A stretch of DNA of 56,098 nt from Nanobdellota archaeon (GCA_051819665.1 JBNJDG010000003.1:1-56098); one strand, 5' to 3'. Shown: positions 7,790-16,554, numbered from the stretch's first letter. Notes: generated from the letters alone by a model not told the origin. Made by a program: numbers and translations.

Positions 7790-8279
7790 TCTTCCTGGCA
7801 GGCACGCCTGCACATACTGTGCCTTCAGGGATATCCTTGTTCACATAACTGTTCATTGCCACAACAGAATTCTCTCCGATATCAACACCTGACCTTAAGA
7901 GGGAGAAGGCACCGACAACCGAATCCTTACCAAGCTTCACCCTGCCTATCCTGATATAATCATTGGTCATCTCATGAGTAAGGACCTTCACATCAAGGCC
8001 TATTACAACATTATCATCTATCTCTATAAGATCAGGAAAGAAAGGATCGAAGACAGTTCCGGGGGCAATACCCACGTTCTTCCCTATCCTCATACCGGTA
8101 AGCCTGAGAATAGTGTTCTTGGGCTTAAGAGGTAATATCCTCGCAAGATGTATCAGGAAAGAGTTATACATGACCCTGAAAGGGTTCCTGAGCTTATGCC
8201 AGTCATAAAGGACATTATGTTCCTCCTTCCGGCTGATCCTGACATATTTCTTCCTGCCAAGCTTCCGTAAGATATCCAT
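7779..8279 (-). CDS. Left-handed beta-helix (hexapeptide-repeat) acetyltransferase
   Basis: Hexapeptide repeats IGKNVGIAPGTV / IDDNVVIGLDVKV / LGKDSVVGAFSLL / IGENSVVAMNSYV and a C-terminal GVPARKI. Confidence 0.8.
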   Translation of the reverse strand: MDILRKLGRKKYVRISRKEEHNVLYDWHKLRNPFRVMYNSFLIHLARILPLKPKNTILRLTGMRIGKNVGIAPGTVFDPFFPDLIEIDDNVVIGLDVKVLTHEMTNDYIRIGRVKLGKDSVVGAFSLLRSGVDIGENSVVAMNSYVNKDIPEGTVCAGVPARKIRK

Positions 8280-8352
8280 ATCAAAGACACAAAGGTACGA
8301 TTTTAAAAAGTTTCTGGAAAATTATATAAATGATGCCGGAAATTTCCAGAAC

Positions 8353-9942
8353 ATGAACCTGAAGATAAGAGATCTGGTCAAGCCCCATATAGAGAACCTG
8401 AGTGAGCTTAAGGAGATTCCCGGCTTATGGCACTTCAGGAGAGACATAATAAGAGAGGACAAGAATATACTCAGGAGATTCAGGAAGAGTATAAGGAAGA
8501 TCAAACCGGAGAAGATCCCTAAAGAAAAAAGAGAGGAAGTGGAGAGAGTTCTCAAAGAGATGATTGAGAAGCTCCAGAGCATGCTCAACCAGGAAGCCCA
8601 GAGTCCAGAGCTGTCAAAGGAAGAGGCAGAGGAGATAAACAAGCTGATAAGGATAGCTAACGGTAAGACGAAAGACTTCTCCGCTTTCAGATCAAGGAGA
8701 GATTTCCTGAAGAAGGCAGCCGCGATAAGTGCTGTAGCTGCTGTAGCACCGACAGAGCTGGCAAAAGCATCATCGGAATACAAACTTGATATAAGGGATC
8801 ATTACACAAGTAAGGATACGAAGGTAAGGAGCTCAACAAGCTATATAATCCTGCATACTACGGAAGCAGGGGATAACTCAAGCCTGAATTCGGTGACAAG
8901 GCATGCATCATGCAATTACCTCGTCATGAGTGATGGGCATGTGAAGAGGATCGTCAATATATGGAAACTCGCGAATCATGCCGGAGTGAGCATGTGGAAC
9001 GGGATAACCAACATAAGCGATCATTCTATAGGTATAGAGATAGCCGGGTATCATAATGAACAGCCGTCATGGAGGCAGAAAAGAGCCATCAGGGAACTTC
9101 TCAGACAGCTCCAGAAGAAGTTCAATATAGCTGACAGGGATGTATTGCCACATTCTGCAGTCGCTTATGCACAGAACAAATGGCATCCTTCGCCAGTAAG
9201 GGTGAGAAAGCCCTGTGCCATGCTTTATCATACAGAATCATTGAGGGAGCAGATAGGTCTTAAGGATAAGTACGAACATGATCCCGATATAAACGCAGGT
9301 AGGATTAGCTGGGCAGAGGACAAGACTACGGTAATGGCGAAAGATTACCTTTATGAAACAAATGAAGCAGAAAATAAGGTAGAGGACATAGCGAGGAAAG
9401 GAGGGACTGTCGATAAGGACCACAGCCCTTTCAGGCTTGCAGGGAACGCTTACAACTCGCCTTCAACCATATACATTTTCCCCGACGGAAATAAGAAGAA
9501 AGGAAGCGAGATAAGGGACTGGTCTTCCATGCCAGCAGGGACAAAGATAAAGGTGGACAGTTCCATGCTCGATATCGAGGAGGAGAATGTCGAATTCTAT
9601 AATATCAGCGAAGAGAACCCGACACCTTTCTCAGTAGCAGGGAATGAATACGATAAGAAAACTACAATATACTTCATACCTGTGGATGATGAAGGTACGG
9701 AGAAAGTGATGAGGGGTGACCAGATAGACGAGTTCAACAATATCCCGGCAGGAACAAGAGTTTTAGTCGGATTCACAGACGGAGGCAAAGTAAGCGGGGA
9801 GAGATCAGCTGATGATATCTGCGGTAAGAGATGGGATAACACTGACACTATATACAGGCTTCCCGACGGGGAGATCCTTAACGGCGAACAGATAGAGCAG
9901 AGCAAAATAAAACCCGGCACCTGGGTCTTCTTCAGGAGATAG
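8353..9942 (+). CDS. Secreted N-acetylmuramoyl-L-alanine amidase (Amidase_2/PGRP fold) with three C-terminal SH3-like repeats
   Basis: Twin-arginine-like motif SRRDFLKKAAAISAVAAVA at about aa 113. Amidase_2-like core YIILHTTEAG ... SIGIEIAGYH ... VLPHSAV. Three repeats of about 55 aa (PFRLAGNAY..TIYIFPDG.., PFSVAGNEY..TIYFIPVD.., ..CGKRWDNTDTIYRLPDG..). Confidence 0.7.
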   Translation: MNLKIRDLVKPHIENLSELKEIPGLWHFRRDIIREDKNILRRFRKSIRKIKPEKIPKEKREEVERVLKEMIEKLQSMLNQEAQSPELSKEEAEEINKLIRIANGKTKDFSAFRSRRDFLKKAAAISAVAAVAPTELAKASSEYKLDIRDHYTSKDTKVRSSTSYIILHTTEAGDNSSLNSVTRHASCNYLVMSDGHVKRIVNIWKLANHAGVSMWNGITNISDHSIGIEIAGYHNEQPSWRQKRAIRELLRQLQKKFNIADRDVLPHSAVAYAQNKWHPSPVRVRKPCAMLYHTESLREQIGLKDKYEHDPDINAGRISWAEDKTTVMAKDYLYETNEAENKVEDIARKGGTVDKDHSPFRLAGNAYNSPSTIYIFPDGNKKKGSEIRDWSSMPAGTKIKVDSSMLDIEEENVEFYNISEENPTPFSVAGNEYDKKTTIYFIPVDDEGTEKVMRGDQIDEFNNIPAGTRVLVGFTDGGKVSGERSADDICGKRWDNTDTIYRLPDGEILNGEQIEQSKIKPGTWVFFRR

Positions 9943-9970
9943 TTAATGTTTTAAACCAGTTTCTCTCACT

Positions 9971-10621
9971 ATGGTCAAGATGGATATCGAAAAGATCTAT
10001 AGTAAGATAGGCAAGGAGATAAAGAAATATGATACTCCTGTTGCTGAATTCGTGAAAGCACAGACGAAGGACCCTGAGAAGATCCTCATCGCGACTATGC
10101 TATCTTCCAGGACAAAGGATGGGACAACTGCAAAAATATCTGAAAGATTGTTCTCCGAGATCGACAGCATAAAGGATCTTGATTCTCTTCCTGAGGATAA
10201 GATAGCAGAGCTCATATATCCTGTAGGTTTCTATAAGCAGAAAGCGAAGTACCTGAAAAAGCTGCCCTCTAAGATCGATGAACTCGGCGGGATTCCAAGG
10301 AACATTGAAGGGATGACACAGCTCCCCGGAGTTGGCAGGAAGACCGCTAATCTCGTACTTTCAGTAGCTTTCGGGCTTCCTGCAATATGCGTCGATGTTC
10401 ACGTACAAAGGATTTTGAACAGACTCGGTTATATCAGGACAAAAGACCCGCTGGAGACAGAGATGAGACTGAGGAAGAAACTGCCAAAGAAGCTATGGAT
10501 AAAAACTAATAGGATATTCGTTCCTTTCGGACAGGTGATATGCAGACCGGTCTCGCCTTTCTGCAACAGATGCATTGTTAATGAACACTGCCGGAAGATA
10601 GGCGTAAGGAGAAGCAGATGA
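9971..10621 (+). CDS. nth: Endonuclease III (HhH-GPD DNA glycosylase/AP lyase with a [4Fe-4S] cluster)
   Basis: LPGVGRKTANLVL hairpin-helix motif and the C-terminal cluster CRPVSPFCNRCIVNEHC. The start may be the second Met (9980). Confidence 0.9.
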   Translation: MVKMDIEKIYSKIGKEIKKYDTPVAEFVKAQTKDPEKILIATMLSSRTKDGTTAKISERLFSEIDSIKDLDSLPEDKIAELIYPVGFYKQKAKYLKKLPSKIDELGGIPRNIEGMTQLPGVGRKTANLVLSVAFGLPAICVDVHVQRILNRLGYIRTKDPLETEMRLRKKLPKKLWIKTNRIFVPFGQVICRPVSPFCNRCIVNEHCRKIGVRRSR

Positions 10622-11244
10622 TGATAAACAGGATAAGGAATTTGAGGAAGGACGAGCAGCTTAAGAACAAGATAAAAAGAAGGCTGGAAGAGTTCTCCTC
10701 ATTCAAAGATAAAGAGAATGGAGAATGGTTCTCCGAGCTATGCTTCTGCATACTGACTGCAAATTCGAAAGCTGTGACCGCAATTTCCATACAGGATGAA
10801 TTGGGAGCAGAAGGATTCCTAAATCTTTCAAGGGAGAAGATATCTGAAGCCATAAGGAGGAACAGACATAGGTTCCATAACAACAAATCGAAGTTCATCA
10901 TCGAAGCGAGGCAGTATTCCGATATAAAGGATCAGCTGAGAAAGTTCAATGACAATAAAGAGAAAAGGGAATGGATCGCTGATAACATAAAGGGACTGGG
11001 CTTCAAGGAAGCATCACATTTCCTAAGGAATACAGGACATTTCGACTTAGCAGTTCTTGACAGGCATATACTGAACATACTTTCGGAAGAAGAATATCTC
11101 AGGGAGATCCCGAAGACTCTCAGCAAGAAGACTTATCTTCAGATAGAGAAGAAGCTTGAAAAGATATGCGGAGAACTGAAGATAAGCCAGGCAGAGCTTG
11201 ACCTCTACCTCTGGTTCGAAAAAACAGGAAAAGTCCTAAAATGA
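10618..11244 (+). CDS. ogg: Archaeal-type 8-oxoguanine DNA glycosylase/AP lyase (Ogg2 family)
   Basis: LCFCILTANSKA and KGLGFKEASHFLRNTGHFDLAVLDRHIL motifs. Overlaps nth by 4 nt. Confidence 0.85.
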   Translation: MMINRIRNLRKDEQLKNKIKRRLEEFSSFKDKENGEWFSELCFCILTANSKAVTAISIQDELGAEGFLNLSREKISEAIRRNRHRFHNNKSKFIIEARQYSDIKDQLRKFNDNKEKREWIADNIKGLGFKEASHFLRNTGHFDLAVLDRHILNILSEEEYLREIPKTLSKKTYLQIEKKLEKICGELKISQAELDLYLWFEKTGKVLK

Positions 11245-11775
11245 ACTCCTGGCTTTCTGTGTCCCATAAGCAAGAGCAGAGCCCGAAACTGCTGTTATCA
11301 ACTGTATAACTCCCATCGCTGTAAGGAACATTGCAGGTAATACATCTGCTGAAACCAAAACGAAAGCCGCTGAAAAGATCACAAGGACCTTGAGGAAAAT
11401 TCCCAGCAGGAGCGATAAAGACCTCCTCTTTTTCATCTCCATATTGAATTTCTTTATTATGGATACAAGGGCAAGATTACCGAGCCAGATGAAAGGCATC
11501 ATATAAAGAAGGTAAGGCGTGAAAGGACCGAATATAAGGCCTCTGGAAAGCACGGCTATGCTCGGCAGGATTATCACAGGTAATAATTTGTAAGATTTAA
11601 GATTGAAAGCCGCAAGGACGAGAGACATATTAACTATAGTCCCCACAAGCCATTGTGGTCCGGCGAGGAAAAAAGGCACGAAAAAACAAACTGCTGAATA
11701 GAGTATCATCTCGATGTTCTGCCTGTAACCCTCATGGTTATGATCCGTTATGTTCATATATCTCATTCTTATCAC
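11236..11775 (-). CDS. Integral membrane protein (about 5 TM, ECF S-component-like), function unknown
   Basis: Hydrophobic profile. Overlaps the upstream ACT-like regulator gene by 4 nt. Confidence 0.5.
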   Translation of the reverse strand: MIRMRYMNITDHNHEGYRQNIEMILYSAVCFFVPFFLAGPQWLVGTIVNMSLVLAAFNLKSYKLLPVIILPSIAVLSRGLIFGPFTPYLLYMMPFIWLGNLALVSIIKKFNMEMKKRRSLSLLLGIFLKVLVIFSAAFVLVSADVLPAMFLTAMGVIQLITAVSGSALAYGTQKARSSF

Positions 11776-12017
11776 TCAAACACCATCTTTTTAACGATAA
11801 GGCCGAGGTCTTTCAGTTTCTTCTCGAATTCCTCTATCTCCTTCTCCTCACCTAAAAGCTCAAGGACTATGACACCGTCTTTCGAGCAGTGATCCTGATG
11901 GACATCATGAAGTCCTATCCTTGTCTTTATGAGACAGCCATTCTCCGTCAGAAGCTTCTGCACATCGGATGCCTTGGAATGCCTGTCCTTTACCTGAACG
12001 CCGAATATCGTTTTCAT
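11772..12017 (-). CDS. TM1266-like small ACT/NikR-C-like protein ('putative iron-only hydrogenase system regulator' family)
   Basis: 81 aa. The pattern IFGVQVKDRHSKASDVQKLLTENGCLIKTRIGLH...GVIVLELLGEEKEIEEFEKKLKDLGLIVK matches my recollection of the TM1266 family. A TATA box lies about 25 nt upstream. Confidence 0.55.
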   Translation of the reverse strand: MKTIFGVQVKDRHSKASDVQKLLTENGCLIKTRIGLHDVHQDHCSKDGVIVLELLGEEKEIEEFEKKLKDLGLIVKKMVFE

Positions 12018-12117
12018 ATACCCTTTAAAGGAATTGTAATATATATTTTTAACGGAAATCGTTTAACACTGTGAAAGAGAAGGATTAAAATATATGGGGT
12101 TGCCACCATAGCGGTAT

Positions 12118-12621
12118 ATGGACAACAGGAAACTAGGGATAGTGCTTTTCATAATAGCGCTTCTTACAGGGATAACAGTGACTGTCCTTCAAAACACTAT
12201 CGAAGAACAGAGAGAAGAAAGCTGCACATGCCAGGACGATTTCTGCCCGCATAAAGAGAGGAACAACTGGCCTGCCTACATAGGTTTCACAATAACGAGC
12301 ATAATCGCCGCTCTCGGTCTTTACCTCTTATTCTTCGAGAAAAGCCAGAAAGAGATCATCTCAAGCCTTAAGAAAAGGGAATCCAGGCTCAAAGAGGATG
12401 AAAGGTTCAGGATACTCATGAAAGGCCTCTCCGAAGATGAGAAAGGGATAATGAAAGCAGTGAAGGAACAGGACGGCATAACACAACATACATTATCTCT
12501 GAGGACAGATATACACAAATCTAAGCTGAGCCTCATCCTTAAAGAGATGGAAGAGAAAGAGCTCCTCAAGAGAGTGAACGAAGGAAGGGCAAAGAAAGTT
12601 TACCTAAAAATCGCCCCATAA
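12118..12621 (+). CDS. Membrane-anchored winged-helix (MarR/TrmB-like) regulator with 2 TM helices flanking a Cys/His-rich external loop
   Basis: TM1 (GIVLFIIALLTGITVTVL), loop CTCQDDFCPH, TM2 (AYIGFTITSIIAALGLYLLFF), then a wHTH (ITQHTLSLRTDIHKSKLSLILKEMEEKELLKR). Confidence 0.6.
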   Translation: MDNRKLGIVLFIIALLTGITVTVLQNTIEEQREESCTCQDDFCPHKERNNWPAYIGFTITSIIAALGLYLLFFEKSQKEIISSLKKRESRLKEDERFRILMKGLSEDEKGIMKAVKEQDGITQHTLSLRTDIHKSKLSLILKEMEEKELLKRVNEGRAKKVYLKIAP

Positions 12622-12726
12622 ACAGTCTGGAGGCAAAAATTAATCTCCTCAAAAGTTCTGAGCCCATAGATTTAATGGCTAAATTATATATCAAAGCCCT
12701 CCTGTATAAGAGAGAGGTGATAATGA

Positions 12727-12972
12727 ATGAACAACAAATGGTTTCTATTCGGGATAGCGTTCCTCCTTATCGGAGGGATAGCAGTGTCAGCACATACTTT
12801 CGGCAGTGACAGCCAGGAAGAAGACTTACAGGCCGAAGCTGAAAAAGAGGATGACGGAGCTGGAGCTTGCCCTTATGCAGAGCAGAAAGCTGAGACCGGT
12901 GAGTGTCCATCTGTATGCGGAGGCAATTGTGGCGGAAGCTGTGGAGTCCCTAGCTGCGGCTGCGGAGCATAA
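12727..12972 (+). CDS. Small secreted or membrane-anchored Cys/Gly-rich peptide (81 aa)
   Basis: N-terminal signal/TM (WFLFGIAFLLIGGIAVSA), an acidic linker, and a C-terminal CPSVCGGNCGGSCGVPSCGCGA. A GAGGTGA Shine-Dalgarno sits 7 nt upstream. Confidence 0.55.
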   Translation: MNNKWFLFGIAFLLIGGIAVSAHTFGSDSQEEDLQAEAEKEDDGAGACPYAEQKAETGECPSVCGGNCGGSCGVPSCGCGA

Positions 12973-13007
12973 ATTATTTATATTTTTTATTTTTTGCAGC
13001 CCTTTCT

Positions 13008-13412
13008 ATGAACAGATTTATCGAAGTTAGGGGATCGAAGATCCACAATAAGGGCGTATTCGCAAAGAGAGACATTCCTAAAGGTACATCCATCATCGAA
13101 TACAAGGGTGAACTGATAGATAAGGAAGAGGCCGAGAGGAGAGGCCAGAGGGACAGGGAAAACGGAACAGTCTACCTCTTCACACTGAATGACAGATACG
13201 ATATAGACGGCACAGTAGGTGGTAATGAATCAAGGTTCATTAACCATTCCTGCAACCCCAACTGTGAGTCAGTCAATTATGATGATGAGGAAGTCTGGGT
13301 CGAAGCCATAAGGGACATAAAGAAAGGCGAGGAGATCACCTACGATTACTGCCTGGGTGATGATGAGTTCGAGTGCAGATGCGGCAGTGAGAACTGCAAA
13401 GGAAAGTTCTGA
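13008..13412 (+). CDS. SET-domain protein lysine methyltransferase
   Basis: RFINHSCNPNC, EEITYDY and the post-SET CRCGSENCKG motifs. Confidence 0.9.
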   Translation: MNRFIEVRGSKIHNKGVFAKRDIPKGTSIIEYKGELIDKEEAERRGQRDRENGTVYLFTLNDRYDIDGTVGGNESRFINHSCNPNCESVNYDDEEVWVEAIRDIKKGEEITYDYCLGDDEFECRCGSENCKGKF

Positions 13413-14291
13413 TCAGGAGAAGTATTTCCTGTTCAATGCTATAGAATTGATAACGTGATATATATCAAGTATCTGGTCCTGTATCGAAACCAGGCTTGGC
13501 CTTAAGGCCTCATTACCTTCAGGGTGAGAGAAGGACGGTTTCTTAAGGTTCTTGTCCCATGAATTGGTGAATATGATCAGGTTGAGATAATCCACTACCC
13601 TTTTCAGATAATCAGTCACATCCGGCGTTAAAGTGTTTTTCCTGAAGAAATATACCTGGTCGGCTATACGCTCTATCTTCTTCAGTACATCCTTGTAGAA
13701 GAAGATCTCCTCCTCAGATAGGAAACCGTTCTCTTTCATGGCCAGAGTGTTCCTGATACAGGAAAAGCTTATCCTTGTGGAGAGGTGATAGAGCCTGTCG
13801 ACGGATTTCTCTATATCATCCATATCCGAAAGCTCTTCATTTTCCAGAGAGCTCACCATAAGACCCAGTAAGTGAAGCATCCTCCTCATGACGTTCTTAA
13901 CGGTTATGGAGATATCATTGAACAGGAAGGAGATCTCCAGGTTCTTATCATCCTCTTTCACGATGTCATAACCTTCAAGATAACCCAGGATCCTCTTGGC
14001 CTCTTTTATCTTATTGTAATCCATCCTCTTCCAGAAGAAAGAGAGCTTATCGACATTCCTTACATAGCAGAAGACTATGAAGTCTGAGACATTACCTATA
14101 TCATTCAGGTTCACGGAAATCTCCTTGGTCTCATTAGCAGGCCTGGAGAGGCTCACTATGAGATTATTCCTCCTGTCCTCCCTAAGATAGACAGAATCAT
14201 GGCTCTTTATATTGTTCTTATTGACCCAGCTCTTAAGAAGTGATATAGAGTAGCTTCTCTTGCCGACAGATTGTATCTTTCTGGTCTCCAT
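13413..14291 (-). CDS. AbrB/SpoVT-domain + PhoU-domain regulator (archaeal PhoU-like)
   Basis: N-terminal RKIQSVGKRSYSISLLKSWV (AbrB-like swapped hairpin) followed by helical PhoU-like repeats. I chose the start at METRK. The track's 32-aa extension covers the divergent promoter region. Confidence 0.65.
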   Translation of the reverse strand: METRKIQSVGKRSYSISLLKSWVNKNNIKSHDSVYLREDRRNNLIVSLSRPANETKEISVNLNDIGNVSDFIVFCYVRNVDKLSFFWKRMDYNKIKEAKRILGYLEGYDIVKEDDKNLEISFLFNDISITVKNVMRRMLHLLGLMVSSLENEELSDMDDIEKSVDRLYHLSTRISFSCIRNTLAMKENGFLSEEEIFFYKDVLKKIERIADQVYFFRKNTLTPDVTDYLKRVVDYLNLIIFTNSWDKNLKKPSFSHPEGNEALRPSLVSIQDQILDIYHVINSIALNRKYFS

Positions 14292-14372
14292 ATGAGAAGA
14301 ATAAGAGAATATATATAAAAATATTATGTAAATAGCACTATATATGAAAAAAGCAACTGTATCAATCGCAAT

Positions 14373-14382
14373 ATTTTTATAC
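14373..14382 (+). promoter_or_regulatory. TATA-like box (ATTTTTATAC) of the hydrogenase operon. The 115-bp divergent AT-rich region 14292-14406 also holds the PhoU-like gene's TATA box.
   Basis: Lies about 25-30 nt upstream of the hydC ATG (14407). The same spacing is seen at many other genes in this window. Confidence 0.4.
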
Positions 14383-14406
14383 AACAAATCTCAAAAAAAA
14401 TAAAGA

Positions 14407-14853
14407 ATGAGCAAAAAAGAGGTATTGGACAGACACGAGGGCAGAGAGGACGAGCTCATAAACGTCCTCCAGGAGATCCAGGAAAAGGAAGGTTATCTTT
14501 CTCCAAAAACATTGGCCTATGTAAGCAAACATATGGACATCCCTTATGCGAAAGTCTATGGCGTAGCAACTTTCTATAACTTCTTCAAGCTGAAGCCGGG
14601 AGGAAAATACACCATACAGATGTGCAAAGGCACTGCATGTCATGTGAAAGGCTCCTCAGAGCTGTTCGATCATCTCAAGAAAAAACTGGACGTGGAGGAG
14701 AACGGGACGACAGAAGATGGTATCTTCACACTCTCTCCGGTGAATTGTCTCGGGATGTGCTCTCTGGCACCGTGCATGATGATCAATGGTAAAGTCTACT
14801 CAGAGCTTGACAAGGAAAGACTTGACAGCATAATAGATGATATGAGAAAATGA
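14407..14853 (+). CDS. hydC: [FeFe]-hydrogenase complex subunit HydC (NuoE-like thioredoxin-fold [2Fe-2S] protein)
   Basis: Cys ligand pattern CKGTACHVKG ... VNCLGMCSLAPCMMING. Overlaps the next gene by 4 nt. Confidence 0.85.
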   Translation: MSKKEVLDRHEGREDELINVLQEIQEKEGYLSPKTLAYVSKHMDIPYAKVYGVATFYNFFKLKPGGKYTIQMCKGTACHVKGSSELFDHLKKKLDVEENGTTEDGIFTLSPVNCLGMCSLAPCMMINGKVYSELDKERLDSIIDDMRK

Positions 14854-16553
14854 GACTCGAAAAGATAACAGTAGGGATGGGTACATGCGGCATCGCTTCA
14901 GGGGCAGATAAGGTAAAGAAAGAGCTCAAGAGACAGCTCGACATAGATGTCCCCGTGGACAGGGTAGGATGCATAGGTTCATGCTACCTGGAACCGATTG
15001 TAGAACTGAGGTTCGATAAGAGATCATACTTCTTCAGGAATGTAACGAAGGACAAGATACCTGAGATCATAGAGGGAGCCAAGCAACCGAAGAGGATAAA
15101 GAAGAAAGACCTAATAGACTTTGACGATCCTTTCTTCAGCAAACAGACAAAGCTCGTGACAAAGGATATAGGAAGGATAAACCCCGAATCTTACGATGAG
15201 TATGTACAGCACGGAGGCTTTGAAGGGCTTAAGAAAGCGGTAAAGCTGGAGCCTAAAGAGGCAATAGAGAAGATAGGAGAATCAAAGTTAAGAGGCAGAG
15301 GAGGAGCAGGTTTTCCCACTGCAAAGAAATGGAAATTCATCGTGGATGCCCCTTCACCTAAATACCTCATATGTAACGCTGATGAAGGAGACCCTGGTGC
15401 TTTCATGAACAGGACCATGCTGGAATCTGACCCATACAGGGTCCTTGAGGGAATGCTCATAGCTTCATATGCAACTGGCTGTGAGAACGGCATCATATAC
15501 ATAAGGGCAGAATATCCACTTGCCATAAAGACACTCGAGAAAGCCATAAAGACACTGAAGAAAAAGAAACTCTTGGGTAAGAACATCCTCGGAAAGTTCA
15601 ATTTTGACATCAAGATAAAGAAAGGGGCCGGAGCTTTCGTATGCGGTGAGGAAACAGCTTTGATGAAATCCGTGGAAGGCAAGAGAGGAATGCCTCAGAC
15701 AAGGCCGCCCTTCCCGGCACAGAAAGGTGTCTGGGGCTACCCGACAAACATCAACAATGTCGGTACTTTATCCCATGTGGCAACTATATTCAGGGAAGGT
15801 GTAAAGGAATATACAAAGTACGGCACAGAGAGATCCGGCGGCACGAAGATAATCTGCGTCGCAGGAAAAGTAGAACATTCGGGAGTTGTTGAGATACCTT
15901 TCGGCATCAGGCTCAAGGATATCGTTAACAAGATCGCAGTTGCAAAGGATTTCAAGGCATTACAGGCAGGAGGCCCTTCAGGAGGATGCATACCGAAGAG
16001 CAAGATAGACGTCCCTTATGATTACGAGACCATCCAGGAACTCGGTGCTATAGTCGGGAGCGGAGGAATGGTCTTCATGGATTCCAAGAACAACATGGTG
16101 GATGTCGCCAGGTATTTCCTCGAATTCACGAAAGCCGAGAGCTGCGGGAAATGCACGCCATGCAGGGAAGGCACATACAGGCTCCATGAGATGCTGGACA
16201 AGTTCCTAGGTTACAGGGCAGAGGAAGGTGATATAGAATTCACTGAAAAACTATGCAGGTATATCATGGATTCAGCTGTATGCGGGCTGGGACAGACCGC
16301 CCCAAATCCAGTCCTGACAACCATAAGATATTTCAGGAAAGAGTATGAGGGTTACATAATTGATGAGGACGTGAAGACATATTTCATCACTCCGGCCTGC
16401 GTAGGATGCCATAAATGCGCAGAGGTCTGTCCGCAGGGATGTATCTCAGGCAAGAGAGGAAAGAAACATAAGATAGATCAAAGCAAGTGTATCGAATGCG
16501 GGGCATGCTACAACGCCTGCAAGTTCAACGCTATCATCAAGAAGACGGATTAA
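14850..16553 (+). CDS. hydB: [FeFe]-hydrogenase complex subunit HydB (NuoF-like NAD(H)/FMN-binding, multi-FeS)
   Basis: N-terminal 2Fe-2S-like domain (GTCGIASG ... CIGSCYLEP), GRGGAGFPTAKKW, GAGAFVCGEETAL, ESCGKCTPCREG, and two C-terminal ferredoxin motifs (CVGCHKCAEVCP, CIECGACYNAC). Confidence 0.9.
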   Translation: MRLEKITVGMGTCGIASGADKVKKELKRQLDIDVPVDRVGCIGSCYLEPIVELRFDKRSYFFRNVTKDKIPEIIEGAKQPKRIKKKDLIDFDDPFFSKQTKLVTKDIGRINPESYDEYVQHGGFEGLKKAVKLEPKEAIEKIGESKLRGRGGAGFPTAKKWKFIVDAPSPKYLICNADEGDPGAFMNRTMLESDPYRVLEGMLIASYATGCENGIIYIRAEYPLAIKTLEKAIKTLKKKKLLGKNILGKFNFDIKIKKGAGAFVCGEETALMKSVEGKRGMPQTRPPFPAQKGVWGYPTNINNVGTLSHVATIFREGVKEYTKYGTERSGGTKIICVAGKVEHSGVVEIPFGIRLKDIVNKIAVAKDFKALQAGGPSGGCIPKSKIDVPYDYETIQELGAIVGSGGMVFMDSKNNMVDVARYFLEFTKAESCGKCTPCREGTYRLHEMLDKFLGYRAEEGDIEFTEKLCRYIMDSAVCGLGQTAPNPVLTTIRYFRKEYEGYIIDEDVKTYFITPACVGCHKCAEVCPQGCISGKRGKKHKIDQSKCIECGACYNACKFNAIIKKTD

Positions 16554-16554
16554 A

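Noticed and set aside
12806-13030. ORF 12806..13030(+), which overlaps the Cys-rich peptide gene in another frame.
   Set aside because: It has no SD or TATA context and an Ala/Glu/Lys-rich translation that follows from the GC-rich Cys/Gly codons of the other frame. The 12727 frame has a signal peptide and a strong SD.
13413-14387. The full-length track ORF for the PhoU-like regulator, with its hydrophobic 32-aa N-terminal extension. Similar 5' extensions affect the thyA ORF (to 33776), the GIY-YIG ORF (to 3500) and pheS (GTG at 44636).
   Set aside because: The extensions run through AT-rich TATA-box regions that serve as promoters. Family-typical N-termini begin at the internal Met, so internal starts were used.
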